Of a DNA stretch of 64,000 nt, positions 1 to 13,635 are shown in pieces (position 1 is the first letter of the stretch; every line of letters begins with the position of its first letter). The stretch is from Marsupella aquatica. Its lineage: Eukaryota; Plantae; Marchantiophyta. The notes under the pieces are model-generated. The model made no database searches, was not told the DNA's origin, and saw only the letters and a list, made by a program, of their open reading frames with translations. A program made the position numbers and the translations under genes. The stretch spans positions 1,876,457 to 1,940,456 of the forward strand of contig OZ316894.1 in the NCBI GenBank assembly GCA_973895155.1, given 5' to 3'.

Positions 1-3000
1 AACTGGCCAAGTCGAGAACAACGCTCAGAAAGATCAGGTCTCGTCCATACTGCAAGGTACATGAGAGAGCCAATCATGGCTTGATACAACTGCTTCTGAT
101 CATGTGTAGCAGGGATTTCACTTGGGAGCAGGCGATCAGTGCCGCTAGAAGGAGCAGACAAAGGAAGAGCCGACTCCATATGAAAACGAGAAAGAACCTT
201 AAGAGCATATTTCTGTTGGGCAAGGTAAAGGACACCTTGGCTACGATCACGATAGATGGCAAGCCCTAAATACTCAGTCAGATCTCCGAGCTCATGAACC
301 TCATACTTGGAGGAGAGGATGGACTTCATAGACGCACTGCCGCTAAGAGTTTTTGAAACGGTAATAATATCATCCACCCATAAGACAATAAGATCGCCAT
401 CAGAATTCTTAAGAACACAAGGATCTGAGGGTAAAGGAAAGAAGCCCTGCAAAGCTAAGTATGCGGTGATTTCGATGTACCAAAGGCGTGGAGACTGGCG
501 CAAGCCATACAAAGCTCGTAAAAGCAGCCAAACAAGAAGCTGGCCAAGATGATCATAGGTTTCGTAGCCAGGAGGTGGTCGAACATAGATTGGAGCTTGA
601 CCAGCCATTAGAGCATTCAAAAAAGCCGTAACAATATCATAACACTTAGCCTCAAGATTTAATGCAGCAACATTAGCCATGATAGCACGGAAAGTCTCAG
701 GATGGACCACTGATGCAAAAGTATCCCCGTAATCCTCCCCTGGTCGTTGTTTATCTCCACGAGCTATGAAACGTGCCTTGTAGATGCCCGCTGCTTTCTG
801 TGTGTACACCCATTTTGATGGGAGAAGACGTGCACCAACAGGTAAAGGGATTAAACGTGCAACATTCAACTTCGTAAGTTGATTAAACTCTCTCTTCTCT
901 GCAGCTTGCCATAAATCAGCATCCAGCCTAGACATGGCCTCCTTGTGTGTCTTAGGCACCTCAGAGGAGGCTGAAAATAGTGCGGCCAAATAAGAATAAA
1001 GCAGCGTGGATGGAATGCGTGTCAGCAAAGAAGTAGAAAATCAAGGCGGAGGGATTCCCCGCGTAGATCGCTCAGAACGTCGAGGAGCTGAAGGTATATT
1101 AGATATTGCAGCTGTGAGGTCTGCTGTCAATTCTTGTGGCGAGATTGCACCCAAAGGGGGAAAGATAGAAGGAATTAAATTGTTATTGTCAAAACATTCC
1201 ACAGAGTCGAGAGTATTGGCCGTAGACGAAGGGCCAGATTGTGACTGGCCATCAATGAGAGATGGAACAAATGGAGTGCTCGGCAGAATAGAACCCCCAA
1301 TTGCAAGTGGAGGAATAAGAGAAGTAATATCATATGGGACGTCGAGATGAATGAAACTTGAATCAGAAGATGTACTCGCCTCTAATGGAGAGGTGGTGCG
1401 TGGCGTTTCATCAATGGAAACGTATGCAGATACCGCAAACTCATTTGTATCCGGAAACCATATACGGTAATTCAAGCCATCACCGTATCCAACCAAGTAT
1501 CCCTTCTTAGCTCGAGCAGCAAACTTCTCACCACGAGGTCGAGTCTCTGGGGGTATATGAACGTAAGCAAGTGCTCCAAAGACGCGTAGATGAGAAATAT
1601 TTGAATTGAACTGGCGATGAAATGGTTCATTCAAGGCAGCAACTGGGGATAAAGAAAGCGTGTTTGCAGTTGTCGGCAAACGATTGGTCACGTACACTGC
1701 AGCATTAATAGCCTCTGGCCAGAGTCAGGGTGGAAGATGAGAGTCAAGCAGCATCGCACGAGCCCGCTCTGTAATGACACCATTAGATCGTTCAGCAATA
1801 CCATTCTGAGTATGGTGGTATGGAGCCGAATGGGTCATGGTACACCCTTGGGTTGATAAGAAAGTCAGAAACTGCTGACTGCCAAACTCAGTGCCATTGT
1901 CGCAATGAAGAGATGCAATGATGGTGGCATAGTGAGTTTGAATGGCCGTACAAAATTGTTGGACAATAGGGACAGCTTGACTCTTACTCTGAATAGAGTA
2001 GACCCAACGAAAACGTGAGTGATCATCAGTAAGAAGAAGAAAATACTTCTGATTTCGAATGCCAACAGTAGCGATGGGACCACACAGGTCAAGATGGATT
2101 TTCTGAAAAGGAGCAGAAGCCCGAGTGTGAGTTTCGCGAGAAATCACACGAGAAGATTTGGCCAAAGCGCATACTTCACAGGATGGCAAAGTGTGAGAAC
2201 CAGAAAGCGTAATGTGTTCCTGTTGGATGATTTTCTGGAGGCCATCAGAATGAAGATGTGCAAATCTTCGATGAAGGAGAGGCAGAGTAACTGTTTGGGT
2301 GTAAAAATGGCTCTTATCAGGGACACAAGAAGATGTAGATTGAATCGTCAAGACCTTAAGACCATCAAGCCATTTTGCGGTGGCAAATTCGTGACCAGTA
2401 ACCTGTATGATAAAGCGGGACTCCCAGCCATGCCAATAGACTCCCTTCTTTTCAAGAAGATGCTCTGAGATAGTATTCAATTCGCTGCTAGGCATGTATC
2501 GAACATTGTGTAAACGAATATGTCGAAAGGATTGGTCAGTGCATCGTAATGAGAGATCAACAATGCCATATCCAGGAGAAATGATTTGACCAGCACCCGT
2601 ATTGATGGAAAGCGGATCGGCAGTGTAGTCATGAAAAAGCTTCTGGTTATTACAGAAGTGATGATTGGCGCCTGAATCTGCAATCCATGTGCCCGTATCA
2701 ACTGCTTGAAGCTCTGTCAATTGTGCCGAATGAGAGCACTACACAAAATTAAAGAGATCAAGATCTGGAGAAGAGTCGTGTACAGGAGCAGAAGAAGGAG
2801 AAGCCTGAACATTATTGGTACCCTGAAGACGCTGTTGAATGCGCTCCATAACAAGTGTATTTGGTTGCCAACCCGGACGTCGCAAGTGTAAATGTTTGTA
2901 GTAGCAGGTCTCCTCCTTGTGACGAGGTAAACGACAATACTTGCAAATTTCCTTGGAGAGCGACGTCGAAGGAGGCCGGGGATTGGACGTTGTCACATTG

Positions 3001-3638
3001 AGCTGCATCGGAGTGGGAGCAATCACAGCAAGATGATATTCGTCCTTGGCTTCTTGTAACAAAGAATCAAGAGATGGAGAAGCGGTTGGATTGCGCCGAA
3101 GGTGATCTCGGACATTGGCTGTCCAATGCTCATAATGCTTATCCAAACTGTGTATGAATTGCATGGTTTGGACAGCAGAATCAACAACAATTCCAACGGC
3201 AGCACACCGATCAAGAGCATCTCGGTATTTTGTAGTAAAAATCTCCATATCTTCACCACGGTATTGAAGTTTGACGAAAGTCACCCAAGTGTTGTGCTTC
3301 TGAATGATGCCTTGAGGCTGGTATGTCTGCTTCAACTTATCCCAGCAAGCGGCCGCAGTGAGCACAGATGCTAGCGTACTTTGAATGTGTGGTTTGCACG
3401 TAGAGAGAATAATCATACGAGCATGTGCAGCTTGAGCATTGTAAGATTCTAAACGAGCTTGAAACTGATAGGCCTTCTCGTCCACTTCTTGTACCGGAGG
3501 AACTGCAGTACCATCAACAAATTTCCACCCGCCTGAAGATGCAAGACTAGAGGAGACAAGTAAATTCCACTGCTCATAGTTCGAGCCTCCTTCAAGTTTA
3601 GGCAACAGATGACTAGAATCGCGATATGTGAATGCCAT
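1..3638 (-). pseudogene. copia gag-pol polyprotein, one reading frame broken by three in-frame stops
   Basis: ORFs 2739-3770 (likely start MAFTYRD at 3638), 1725-2720 and 1041-1697 and the RT region below 1040 are all in the same frame. They are separated only by TAG (2739-2741), TGA (1725-1727) and TGA (1041-1043). Confidence 0.85.
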
Positions 3639-3699
3639 GAGAAACCTCAAAAGAAGGAAGCCGGGAGAGGTAAAATGATGAGAGTATTGATCAAATAAA

Positions 3700-3710
3700 G
3701 GCCCGTAACC
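3700..3710 (-). other. primer binding site, GGTTACGGGCC (half-tRNA-iMet type)
   Basis: The minus strand reads CA-TA-GGTTACGGGCC, closely matching the GGTTATGGGCCC PBS of copia-type elements, ~60 bp upstream of the gag ATG. Confidence 0.65.
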
Positions 3711-3712
3711 TA

Positions 3713-4169
3713 TGATCAGGAGTATCAAAACGAGGTAAAGTGCACACGGAAGTACGTGAAGAGAATACACGTGAGGAACTCAATGCTGTGAGAATTGGAG
3801 ACAGAAAATAGTAAACATCGAGTCCATGAGTTCCAGTGAAAAAGCTTCGAATCCTCTATTGAATATTGAACTCTGAGTACCCCGAGAATCAAACCGGACA
3901 TAAGTACTTCAACCAAGAGCATTGCTCGCCCGGGGAGAAAAGCTAGTTTGAATTCTTAACAGGATAAACATGAGGATCGAGCATCCACTAGACAGGAGCG
4001 GGGAGAGCAGAGCACAACACGTGTTGAGTCCCCGCTGTCAAAACACCCCGCGTCCTTTTACATGTAAGGACAGTAAGCGGTGCAGGAAAATTCACAAAAC
4101 TACAGAAAGAACGTCGAGACAAAGAACAGTAAAGGGAGAAAATCCCTTTCACAAAGAGCATCCTTAACA
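3713..4169 (-). repeat. putative 5' LTR of the copia element (TG...CA)
   Basis: Ends ...TCA just before a PBS-like sequence and starts TGTTAAGG. The partner LTR is outside the window, so the outer end is unverified. Confidence 0.5.
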
Positions 4170-4719
4170 CACTTGTACAAACTGTGGTTGGGTAATTGAC
4201 ATCTCCCTCCCTCATTATCAAGGGCGAGGCTGATGCCAATGTCACCAGCAGATGCACTCCCAACCCTAGCCCCTTCCTGATCTCTCCTAATCCTGTTGGC
4301 TCTGCCTCCCCCTCTTTGGAGGCATCTAAGTTAGCAGACTTGGCATTGGGTTTGCACCATGGACCCCATTGCAGCCTACCATCTTGGGTACATTTTTTAT
4401 TAAAATATTTTTAGAATTTTAATAAAAATCCTCAAAGCTGGCTAGTTTGCCTGTAGACCCTTGTATTAAAAAAAACATATAGTTTGGTTTTGATTAAATT
4501 TTTCCATATCATTTGAAACAAGTTCAGTTTTTTTTTAAAGATACATCTTTGGATTCCTTGAGTTGAGAGGTAAAAGATTTGAGTAGGCTAAAATGAAATT
4601 TCATATGGTGAATTGGATATAACGTCATTATAAGGAATTATAAACTTGCCTTAAGTATAAAAAGGGGTTGGCATACCCGGGCTTTAGCGTTTATAAAAAG
4701 GGGAGTTGCATACCCACGC

Positions 4720-4975
4720 TAGCTCCCCTAGAGTACATTCCTGTTCCCCCGCCTGTCCCACTTGCTGATTTGGTTAGGACATTCAGTGTAGCCCATTTTA
4801 GCTCTTGTTACATTTTCCAATGTAGACACTAGTCCTTCAGTTTTGCACTCATGTACAGTGTTTCACTTTGACATTTTCTCTTGACAAAGTTTACGCTTGC
4901 TTTTGTTTTTTTCTGGTTAGGTGTTTGTCCCCTTTGGTAGAATTTTTATTCCTTCATTGTACTTTGTTTTTCCCT
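4720..4975. repeat. dispersed repeat, with an inverted copy at ~53890-54145
   Basis: cctgtcccacttgctgatttggttaggacatt (~4753-4784) matches the reverse complement of aatgtcctaaccaaatcagcaagtgggacagg (~54092-54123), and the similarity extends on both sides. Confidence 0.7.
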
Positions 4976-5779
4976 AATTTCTAAATGTTGCTAGAAGATT
5001 CAAAACAATAAGGCAAACAATAACACCGTAAACAGAAGAGAGCCCCAAAACTTGATTCCAAACAAACAATAAGACCCCAGAACTTGATTCCAAACACACA
5101 ATAAGACAAACATCCGTAAACATGCTTGTCACCTTAAACAGAAGAGAGCCCCAAAACTTTACCAAACAAACAGTAAGACAACCATCCATAAAACATGCTC
5201 CCCTTAAACAGCAGAGAACCCCAAAACTTTCATGGAATGCGGAGGGGTAAGTTCTAATAGATTAATTTTTATTGTGTTAATATGAAGTCTTAGGGTTTGG
5301 GTTTTTTCATATCTACCCTCCTTCTCTAGTTCCTCTGGAAATGAAGAACTAAATTAAACATATCTTACTAGTCATAATCATCAAGTCATAAGCCCAGAAC
5401 TCCCATGGACCACCAATTGTGGTCTATGGGAGCACTATGTCCGACATAAAGGTCCATCCTGGCTTCACTTTCAACTCTATGGAGAAACAAAATAACATAA
5501 AGCGAAAGCTTGCAATCAATATTGATTTGGCCACCGACATGGTCCCTTGTAGACAAAAGTGGTGTAAAAGTAAATGACAAGCCAAGGTACTTTTTAGACA
5601 AAAGTATATATTACAGGGACCCAGGGAGACAAGGTCACAAAGGCTAAGCATCGCAACAAAAAGAAAGTGGTGATATAAGAGGATATTTTTGGATAGAAGT
5701 GTAAAAGAATAATATCCTGGCATATCTACTTTAGTGCCGTAAGTCCAAATTTCACATGTCCATTGTATTACTTTGATTT

Positions 5780-6625
5780 AGTTCATCCAAACTTGACTTG
5801 TCTGTGGGGTTCATAGGCAAAAAAGTACTGTTGGAGAAATATAAATCCAAAGTTCACTTGTTCTGTGGAGTTCATAGGCAAAGAAGTACTGTTGGAAAAG
5901 TATAAATCCAAAGTTTACTTGTTCTGTGCGGTTCATCTAGGCAAAAAAGTACTGTTGGAGAAATATAAATCCCAAGTTCACTTGTTCTGCGGGGTTCATC
6001 TAGGCAAAGAAGTACTGGTGGAGAAATATAAAATCCACAGTTGACTTGTTCTGTGGGGTTCATGTAGGCAAAGAAGCACTGTTTTCTGCTTTGAATACCT
6101 AACTTAGTTGACCCATCCAACACTGGATAGACTATCAACTCTAGAGCATGCATTTTTGCTTTGAATAGTGACTGAAAGCTGACCCATCCAACACAAGATA
6201 ATTAGACTATCAACTCCAGAGCATGCACCCTCTGTAGGGGTAGCCCACAAGGGGGGTCATACCCAGTACCAACAGGGAGAGAGGGTTGGACCATGCACCT
6301 CCCTACCGTAGCCCACAAAGGGGGGTCATTACCTAGTACCAGGAAGGAGAGAGGGTTGGACAAGAGCCCAAAAGTGGACTAGCTAGGGGATGAAGAGAAA
6401 CCAAGATTCCCCTACTACACCTCACCCACACACACACTCACCCTTCACAACCCTTGCATGTGGAACGGGGATTGTGGAACGGGGATTGAACCTAGGACTC
6501 TTGGTTCTAGGCTTATCCCCTGGCCAACCATTGCCATTTAGTTGAATTACTTTTGGAGAAATATAAATCCAAAGTTGACTTGTTCTGTGGGGTTCATCTA
6601 GGCGAGTAGTACTGACGGAGAAATG
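5780..6625. repeat. ~60-bp minisatellite (about 5 units at 5780-6080 plus one detached unit at 6550-6625)
   Basis: The unit atccaaagtt(c/g)acttgttctgtggggttcat(c)taggcaaagaagtactgttggagaaatata is repeated. Confidence 0.85.
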
Positions 6626-6971
6626 TAAAGAATACTATTCATTAACACGCAAAGTAGTACTAAAATAGTATCCAAGCAGAGTCCACCTGCCTTGTCACGA
6701 CTAAACAAATGGGTTTTGCTAAAATTTTGTCACGAAAACGCAATATTCCTGAAGAAAACCACCGAATCAATCATGAATACAAAAAGGGACTTAGAGGGAC
6801 AAGTGCACTCTGCAGATCAGTGCAGGAAGCTGACGATGACGATGTTGTAAGACTACTTCGATCATGCTCTTTGTCTCGAGAGTATTGTACTTTTGAAGTG
6901 TTCTCCAAGAGACCTGCACACCGTTCCTGATCGAACTGCAATCGGATGTGAGCTTTAGCAATAGGATTTTC

Positions 6972-9731
6972 ATGGAACATTTTCATTTTCACTTCCGTGG
7001 TCAGGAGATAGATTTGCTGGAGGTGTTCCTGTCTTCTGCCATAGCCGTTTCGGTGGTGCTGGTACTCTACTACAAACTGAAACGCCGACGTAGAAGCCTG
7101 GAAAATGATCGTCGATTGCCTCCCGGACCGCGTCCATGGCCCATCATCGGGAATCTGGGGCTGCTGGGACGTCTTCCCCATCTGGACTTTGCCAAGCTTG
7201 CGAAGGAGTATGGACCTATCGTGTACTTGCGCCTTGGCTCCGTCCCCACTGTCGTCGTCACTTCCCCCAAAATCGCTGAAGTGATCCTCAAAACAAAGGA
7301 CCACATCTTTGCCTCGAGACCAAACTTCGTTCAGGGTGTAATTATGGGGTACAATAGGCACACTATAGGCAGCGCGACCTACGGACCGTACTGGCGCTAC
7401 GCGCGTAAGTTGCTCACATTGGAATTGCTGACCGACAAACGAATCCAACAGTTTCAGGTTCAGCTCTAGGCTACAACATCAGTTTTTACTTGACGGCCAT
7501 GGTTCACTCGACTGACAGATCTGTCACGTTGCATTTTCTATAATCAAATGAGACCCTGTATTTCATTGCTGTGTGAATATGTTCCTTCTTGGACTCTGAA
7601 GTTTTATTGGCTGCGGTTCATTTTGAAGTCTGTTGTGCTGCTAGTCTGTAAAATAAATTCTGTCATCTCCGTCATTCGTTGGAATCGATGACATTGCTGT
7701 GGTCTCTTCTGCCATAAGAGAAGAGAACACTCATCGACATTCATTTGGCTACATGTTCTCGTGGGATAGAAATGATAACAACAGTGTAGAGTGCCTACAG
7801 CTAACTTGCTTCTCTGTCATTTTTTGTCCAGAGCCTGCGGAAAAAGCTGGTCATGCGTACACTACATTCTATACTTGAAGAATGCAAAATGGGGAAAGAT
7901 GTGAGTTTGCACGTAAAATTCGGGCTGATGACGAAGAACAATATCACCCAAATGATGATCAACGAGAGCTTTTTCGGGCCCAATTCAAGCGCATCCAATT
8001 TGAAAGAAGCCGCCGAGTACCAAGGAGTCATAAATGATCTCGCTAGGTTGATGGGCGTTTTCGACTATGGAGATTACGTCCCATTCCTTCAGAATTTTGA
8101 TCTACAAGGCTACCAAAAGGAAATGCTAAAAGTGCAACGAACGAATGACGTCTTCTTTGGTAAAGTAATCGACGAGCATCGGCAGGTATCTCGCTCTAAT
8201 TGTTCTGAGGAGCTCACCAAGAGTGACAGACAGGATTTTATCGACGTGCTGTTGACTCGTCCCAGCGAAGTCGATGACAAGCCTCTTACTGAGGATCAAA
8301 TCAGGGCCATCTTGCTGGTACAGTGAATTACTTGACACAAATAACTTGCAACTATACTCACCAGTACCTCTATGGTTCAGTTGACGCTCATTTAATTTCT
8401 CTCTGAACAATATGTCACAAAGCTTACTACATTCTGCCTATGTTTATCCATCCTTTAAGGTGCTCGCAAACTTTCGTTTCTAGCTAATTGTGTGCAAGAT
8501 TCATACTGTAACTCCTCACAAAAGATAAGTGACCGAATGATCAAATTTGCGATTGTAGGCATGATTATGTAGATGCAAGCTATTCATATACGTACGGTAA
8601 GCTTTAATTACAGAACCCACGCAATCCAATTAATGGCAGTACGTTGAGGCTTTCAGAAACTGGCAATGCAAGACCATTACGGCTAGAAATGATCCTGGTC
8701 GAAACTCCAGGGAGCTATGCGCTTTCTTTGCTCTCATCGAAACAAGATTCGATTCCATAGGCCGTCGGGTTGAAAGTGGTTCATGGCTGGAGCTTCTCAT
8801 CGGAATAAGCCATGGGTTTATGGTTTGGTGTCGGGTAGAAACTGTCTGTTTCATGGCTGGTTGAAGTGCGGAGTATTCACCGAGAGGCGTTGAAAGTATT
8901 TCATGGCCAGGAGAGGGTGCCCTCAAAGCTTGTCTACAATTGTTAAATGAACACAATTGTGTGGTCTTAAGTCGAAGGAACTAATGTGGTCCGGGGAAAT
9001 TAATTAATTATGCAGTCCAGCATCGAGGCTGATGCGTTGTTGATGTCCAATTATGCATCTTAAGTTTGCCTGTGGAAGTGCAGGGCTCCGTCGTGGCAGG
9101 GACGGTCACATCAAATAATACTCTGGAGTGGGCAATGACGGAGCTTTTGAAACACCCTGCGGCTCTGAAAAGAGCCCAAGAGGAGCTGGATACCGTCGTG
9201 GGGTCAAACCGACTTGCGCAGGAGACCGACATTCCCAACCTTAAGTACCTTCGCGCTGTAGTAAAGGAGACCTTTCGACTGCACCCCGTCCTTCCTATCC
9301 TGCTTCCCCACTACAGCATGGAATCATGTGAGGTAGCCGGGTACCACATACCGGTTAATTGTCAAGTGTTCGTCAACGTCTGGGCTATTGGGAGGGACCC
9401 TGAAGTTTGGGAACGTCCTTTGGAATTTGATCCGGAGAGGTTCTTGAAGAATAATATGGATTCCCTTGGGTGGGACTTCGAGCTTCTACCTTTCGGCTCA
9501 GGCAGGAGAATTTGCCCTGGAAGGAACATTGGCCTCCTCATGGTGGAGTACACACTGGCGGTTCTACTCCACGCTTGCAACTGGCAGCTTCCTCCAGGAG
9601 TCAGCCCCGAGGATGTCGACCTTGGAGAGGCGGAGGGGTTGACTTGTCCTAAAGCTATTCCTCTTGAAGCTACCGCATCTCCACGCCTGCGCGTCCAGAT
9701 CATCTATGCTGACGAGAAAGACCCCTCCTAG
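6972..9731 (+). CDS. cytochrome P450, CYP71 clan (A-type), copy 1; exons 6972-7457, 7832-8317, 9084-9731 (~539 aa)
   Basis: TM anchor, LPPGPRPWPIIGNL, I-helix AGTVTS, KETFRLHP (ExxR), DPERF and PFGSGRRICPG heme motif. Both introns are phase-0 GT-AG and the spliced frame is open. Confidence 0.95.
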
Positions 9732-12700
9732 ATGTTCCTAACCAGGGGCTATGTTACTCGCATGGATACTTCGAATCTATACAATCTCAATGTATGGCAC
9801 ATCATGTGTCAATAACTAAAAACCAACAAGTTTGAGACTCAAGATTGGTGAAAGACATTCAGTGTATTGTGGCTCTGAGCTGTCTTTATTATATAGGTGA
9901 GTGAAATTAGTCCAATAGTCCCGGTTGAGTGATCTTGCATGGTCTGAGCTTGACTTTCTAGTCGAGGCTCAGCCACCCTTTGAACTCTCAGATTGAGAGG
10001 CTGTTGTTTGACTTAGCTTCATGTACTCTCAAATTAAGATTTCTTTAGTTGGCTCAGTTTAGCCCAAGAGTCAATCTAGACAGGAAGGAGTGGTCTGGGT
10101 CTGAGCCTTAGCTCAGTCCAGCAGACCATGAGTAGTCATATTCTTAGTTTCAAACTTCATTGTGGCTTTCTATATAGACCCAAAGGAGTGGTTGGGTCTG
10201 AGTGAACTACTTCAATTTTGTAGATCTACGTTGATTTTATTTTTGACTACAACATGATATTCCCCCTACTTTGATTGCAACATGATTTTCCCAAGTGCCG
10301 TGTAATTAATGAGGCGAGAGTTCAGCAATCGGGTACGTTCACTGATAAATAGTAGTGGATAGCAAACAAATATATTTTATAGTACGTATGGAAGAACTGG
10401 TGGACAACATCATGTATGAAGAGAGTATGTGGCCTGTGTTTGAGAATGTTTGCTTCTATCGACGTGTTAGTATATGCTTTTTTTCTAGCGATGTGTTAGT
10501 GCTTGGATGTGTAACTTGGAGGGCGACGAGGCGAAGTTGTCGCCCTCCCACCTTGACAAGTTTCACACTTCAGAGTGAAAATTCTCCGGATCCCGAGGTT
10601 GAGTAGTATGACACTTCCCTACTTTTGCGCAAAGAAAGCTAACGAATGCAGAAAAAATTTCGATGCGGTTGAAACCAATCGAACCTGAGAGCATCTGATA
10701 TGAGCTTACGCCCTGGACTTAATCAGATGATCTTATTTGTGTCCATCTACCGTCTACACGCATTGCTGAGAATGAGAAATACATTCGAAAAAGGAGTATA
10801 GAAAACTCCAATTTCGGCCAAAATCTTGGAGAACGGACAGTCCAGACATAAACTCCCATATCTGGCCACCTCAAAGGTAGGCTGGGAAATTAGTCCCACA
10901 TTCACTAAGGAAATTTCCCCATTTCGCCTAGTTCACACTGGGGGATGCCACAATTCCAACCTGGGTGTCGGACAGTTTTGCCCCTGTGATGCTGCACTCT
11001 GTGACTACTTCCTCGTCAAGATTTGCACTTTGTTTTAACTGCCGCACGTCTTTGCACTTAAAACTTCTACAGGATAATGGTGCAAAGTCACTATGAGTCA
11101 TTTCTGCACTTATCGTTAAGTGCATTTTATCCTTCTCACTTCTGCGCATGAGCTGACGGTGCATTTCTCAAAAGTCATCTGTGCAAAGCAGGAAAGTTTT
11201 CCTGTATATCTGATTATCTATGTGTAAATCGAACTCTCAGTGTACAATTGACACAGTCATCACAGGAATATAATTGAAGAGATTTCTTCTAATTAAGCTT
11301 GGCAAAACTTTGGGACTTTTGACAGCATATTAATTTTAATTACTACATGATAGGCAAGGATGGCAGAGATACCAGGGCGGCCTCTAAAATTTATATAGCC
11401 ACCTCTCACAAAATAATTGGCAGAACTAATAAAGTAATTAAGGAGAACCATTGTTCTTACAATTAAGGGTCTAATTATTTGTCTTTGCCTTGTCTCAAAC
11501 AGAAATAGTCAAATTGGGTTCTGTTTGCACAACTAATGGTTCTTGTTTATGGCAAATCATGTTGATGTGGCTGCACATGCATCCAGGAATTTTGGAAGAA
11601 ATCTCCTATGCGAGTCAGTACTAATATAATCCATGCTGGTATTTTCATTCGTTCTAGGTTATTGCCCTGGGGAATCACTCGTTGGATTATTAGAACTGAG
11701 TGCGAACATCCAAAAGTTGTTTTAAACTTTGCCAGGCTAATAATTATTATCAAAGACTTACTAAAGGCATTTTAAAATCCAATTTTGGTAAAAATATTAT
11801 TTTATATATTTAACAAGGTATTTAACAATTTGTCAAAAGCTGTACAATAAAGGGCACAAGGGTTTTCTTAATTGAATTTATTTTTTCAAATTTTATTAGT
11901 TTGTGCTCATGTGTTTTAGGGGTTTTTACACTAAGTGATTCCCCAGGGGGGCTATTGAAGAAACTAAAGACTGTGCAGGTGGGATTGAGGCAAGCTTTAA
12001 AACATGAAGAGATGGAAGCTTCCAAACACGAAGTCAGAGATAGAGGGAGGACTGAGGTAAAAATGTAATATGCTAGGTGGACCGTGGAATCAGAAGTGTT
12101 AGATGTTGGCTTAGGGCATCAATTATGCAGATGCTCACAAAAGTACAAGACTAAGTTGAGTGTAATTAAATTTAATCCACTTGGGTATATTTGTCTCAAT
12201 ATAGGTGTGTATGATCCATTCTTAAATTTATTTTCATGTCTGATAAGACATTCAGTAAATGTTTTTGTTTTAAGAGCACTGCCTAAAGCTACTTACAGTA
12301 GTTTGTGAATACTATTGAATGTCCTCTAAATGTATTCTTTGAGGGTGGAACTGCATTGAACATTGGAGAAGATCCAAGAAAGACAAACCAGGTGTGAATA
12401 AATGAACTTCTCATTTAGTAGACTTACATAAAGACCATGGTGGAAACGATTACAACAAGAAGGTTTTTGCAAATTTACAGGCCAACTAAGGACGGATTTG
12501 AATAGAATAATTATGAAAGCATCATGGAAAGCAAGGTATCTTTTTCCATCTTAGTTTCCCGCTTAGTTGCTTGTGGTTAAATTCTGCCCCTGCTGTAACT
12601 GATGATGGGGATAATTGTGTATACACGTGCATTCATTAGTAAGATACTATTGTAAATTAATCAATATTGCAAGGAACTGGCGATTTCATTAGGTCATCAA

Positions 12701-13635
12701 TAGGTCACCAAAGTTTATATACCAGGAAAAAAAGCAAAGTACAATGAAAGGCAAGAAAAAGTGGTCCAAAGAAAAAGAGATTCAATCAGTCACCAAAGTT
12801 TATATATATACCAGGAAAAAAACAAACTACAATGAAAGGCAAGAAAAAGTGGTCCCAAGAAAAAGAGGTCCAAAGAGGACACCCAAACCTATGTTCAACG
12901 TTGATTTCCAGGTAGATTTGGTTTCTGTAGAAATATTGATTAATTTGTCTGGCATCTATCTACTGTAGCTTGCAATCGAACAATGCATGCACTTAAGGGC
13001 TGAAAGATATTTGATTCGTAGATCAGACATTAATTGATCAATATTTCTGTGGACGTTTTTATCTGTTCGGTCTATCCAGCTTGTGAGTTACTTCAGCCTT
13101 AGATCCATGGATGACTCATTCCGGCATGCACGAACATTTGTATGGCAGGGAGTAGATCTATCATCAATATCCATTAAAACCAACTTACACGTAAGCACTT
13201 ATACTAAGCAGCAGCCTCAACCGCAGATCCCACTTACGATATCAGGGTGTATTATTTATAAGGACTTCATACTTTTGCACTGAATATTTTTACACCTGTG
13301 TTTTTCTGTTTTGTACCGGAGCTTGATTTTGCACTCAATTTGAGTGCATTGGTCCACGCTGGAACTTTTGCACTTTAGATACGAATAGCGGCATAAAACG
13401 CCTACTTCTGAACCTCAGGCAAAAGGAAACAAAGCATCCTGTGCGCCTGCCTGTGCGCCGCGCCACGTGATTTTCATCAGCTTCAACATCGTAATGGCGA
13501 ATCAGTTCAGTTTCCAGTTGTGCTTCTAATTCAGCTAATAAATTTTCCGGGGAGGAGATCTCGAATGTGTTCCAGCTGCCTAGAGCGATCCCCTCGCATT
13601 CTCGGAGGAGTGACTTTCTTCAGTTGTACGTTCTC

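Larger units (their letters stand above)
1..4169 (-). mobile_element. Ty1/copia LTR retrotransposon, 5' part (LTR-PBS-gag-PR-INT-RT); runs off the left edge of the window
   Basis: Copia domain order on the minus strand: gag with zinc knuckle CKYCRLPRHKEETC, protease WIADSGA, integrase HRRFAH..CEVC / IHLDLCGP / LHCDNGTEF / QNGIAER, and RT YKARFIARG, ALYGLRQSPRLWY, LWVDD (~370), GSLMYL..TRPD. The outer boundary at 4169 is inferred from a TGTTAAG start. Confidence 0.93.

Noticed and set aside
6460-6545. Functional tRNA gene
   Set aside because: Only box-like motifs are present and I could not form a full cloverleaf; kept as a possible SINE head.
5780-6625. Regularly spaced repeats as a possible CRISPR array (also 14270-14510, 48441-48636, 48937-49630, 60485-60665)
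   Set aside because: The units are contiguous tandem copies with no unique spacers, there are no cas genes, and the context is eukaryotic.
6771-7448. 225-aa antisense ORF over P450 exon 1, and similar antisense/shadow ORFs over the LINE, copia and NDUFB7
   Set aside because: These are shadow frames of real coding sequence with no recognisable motifs.
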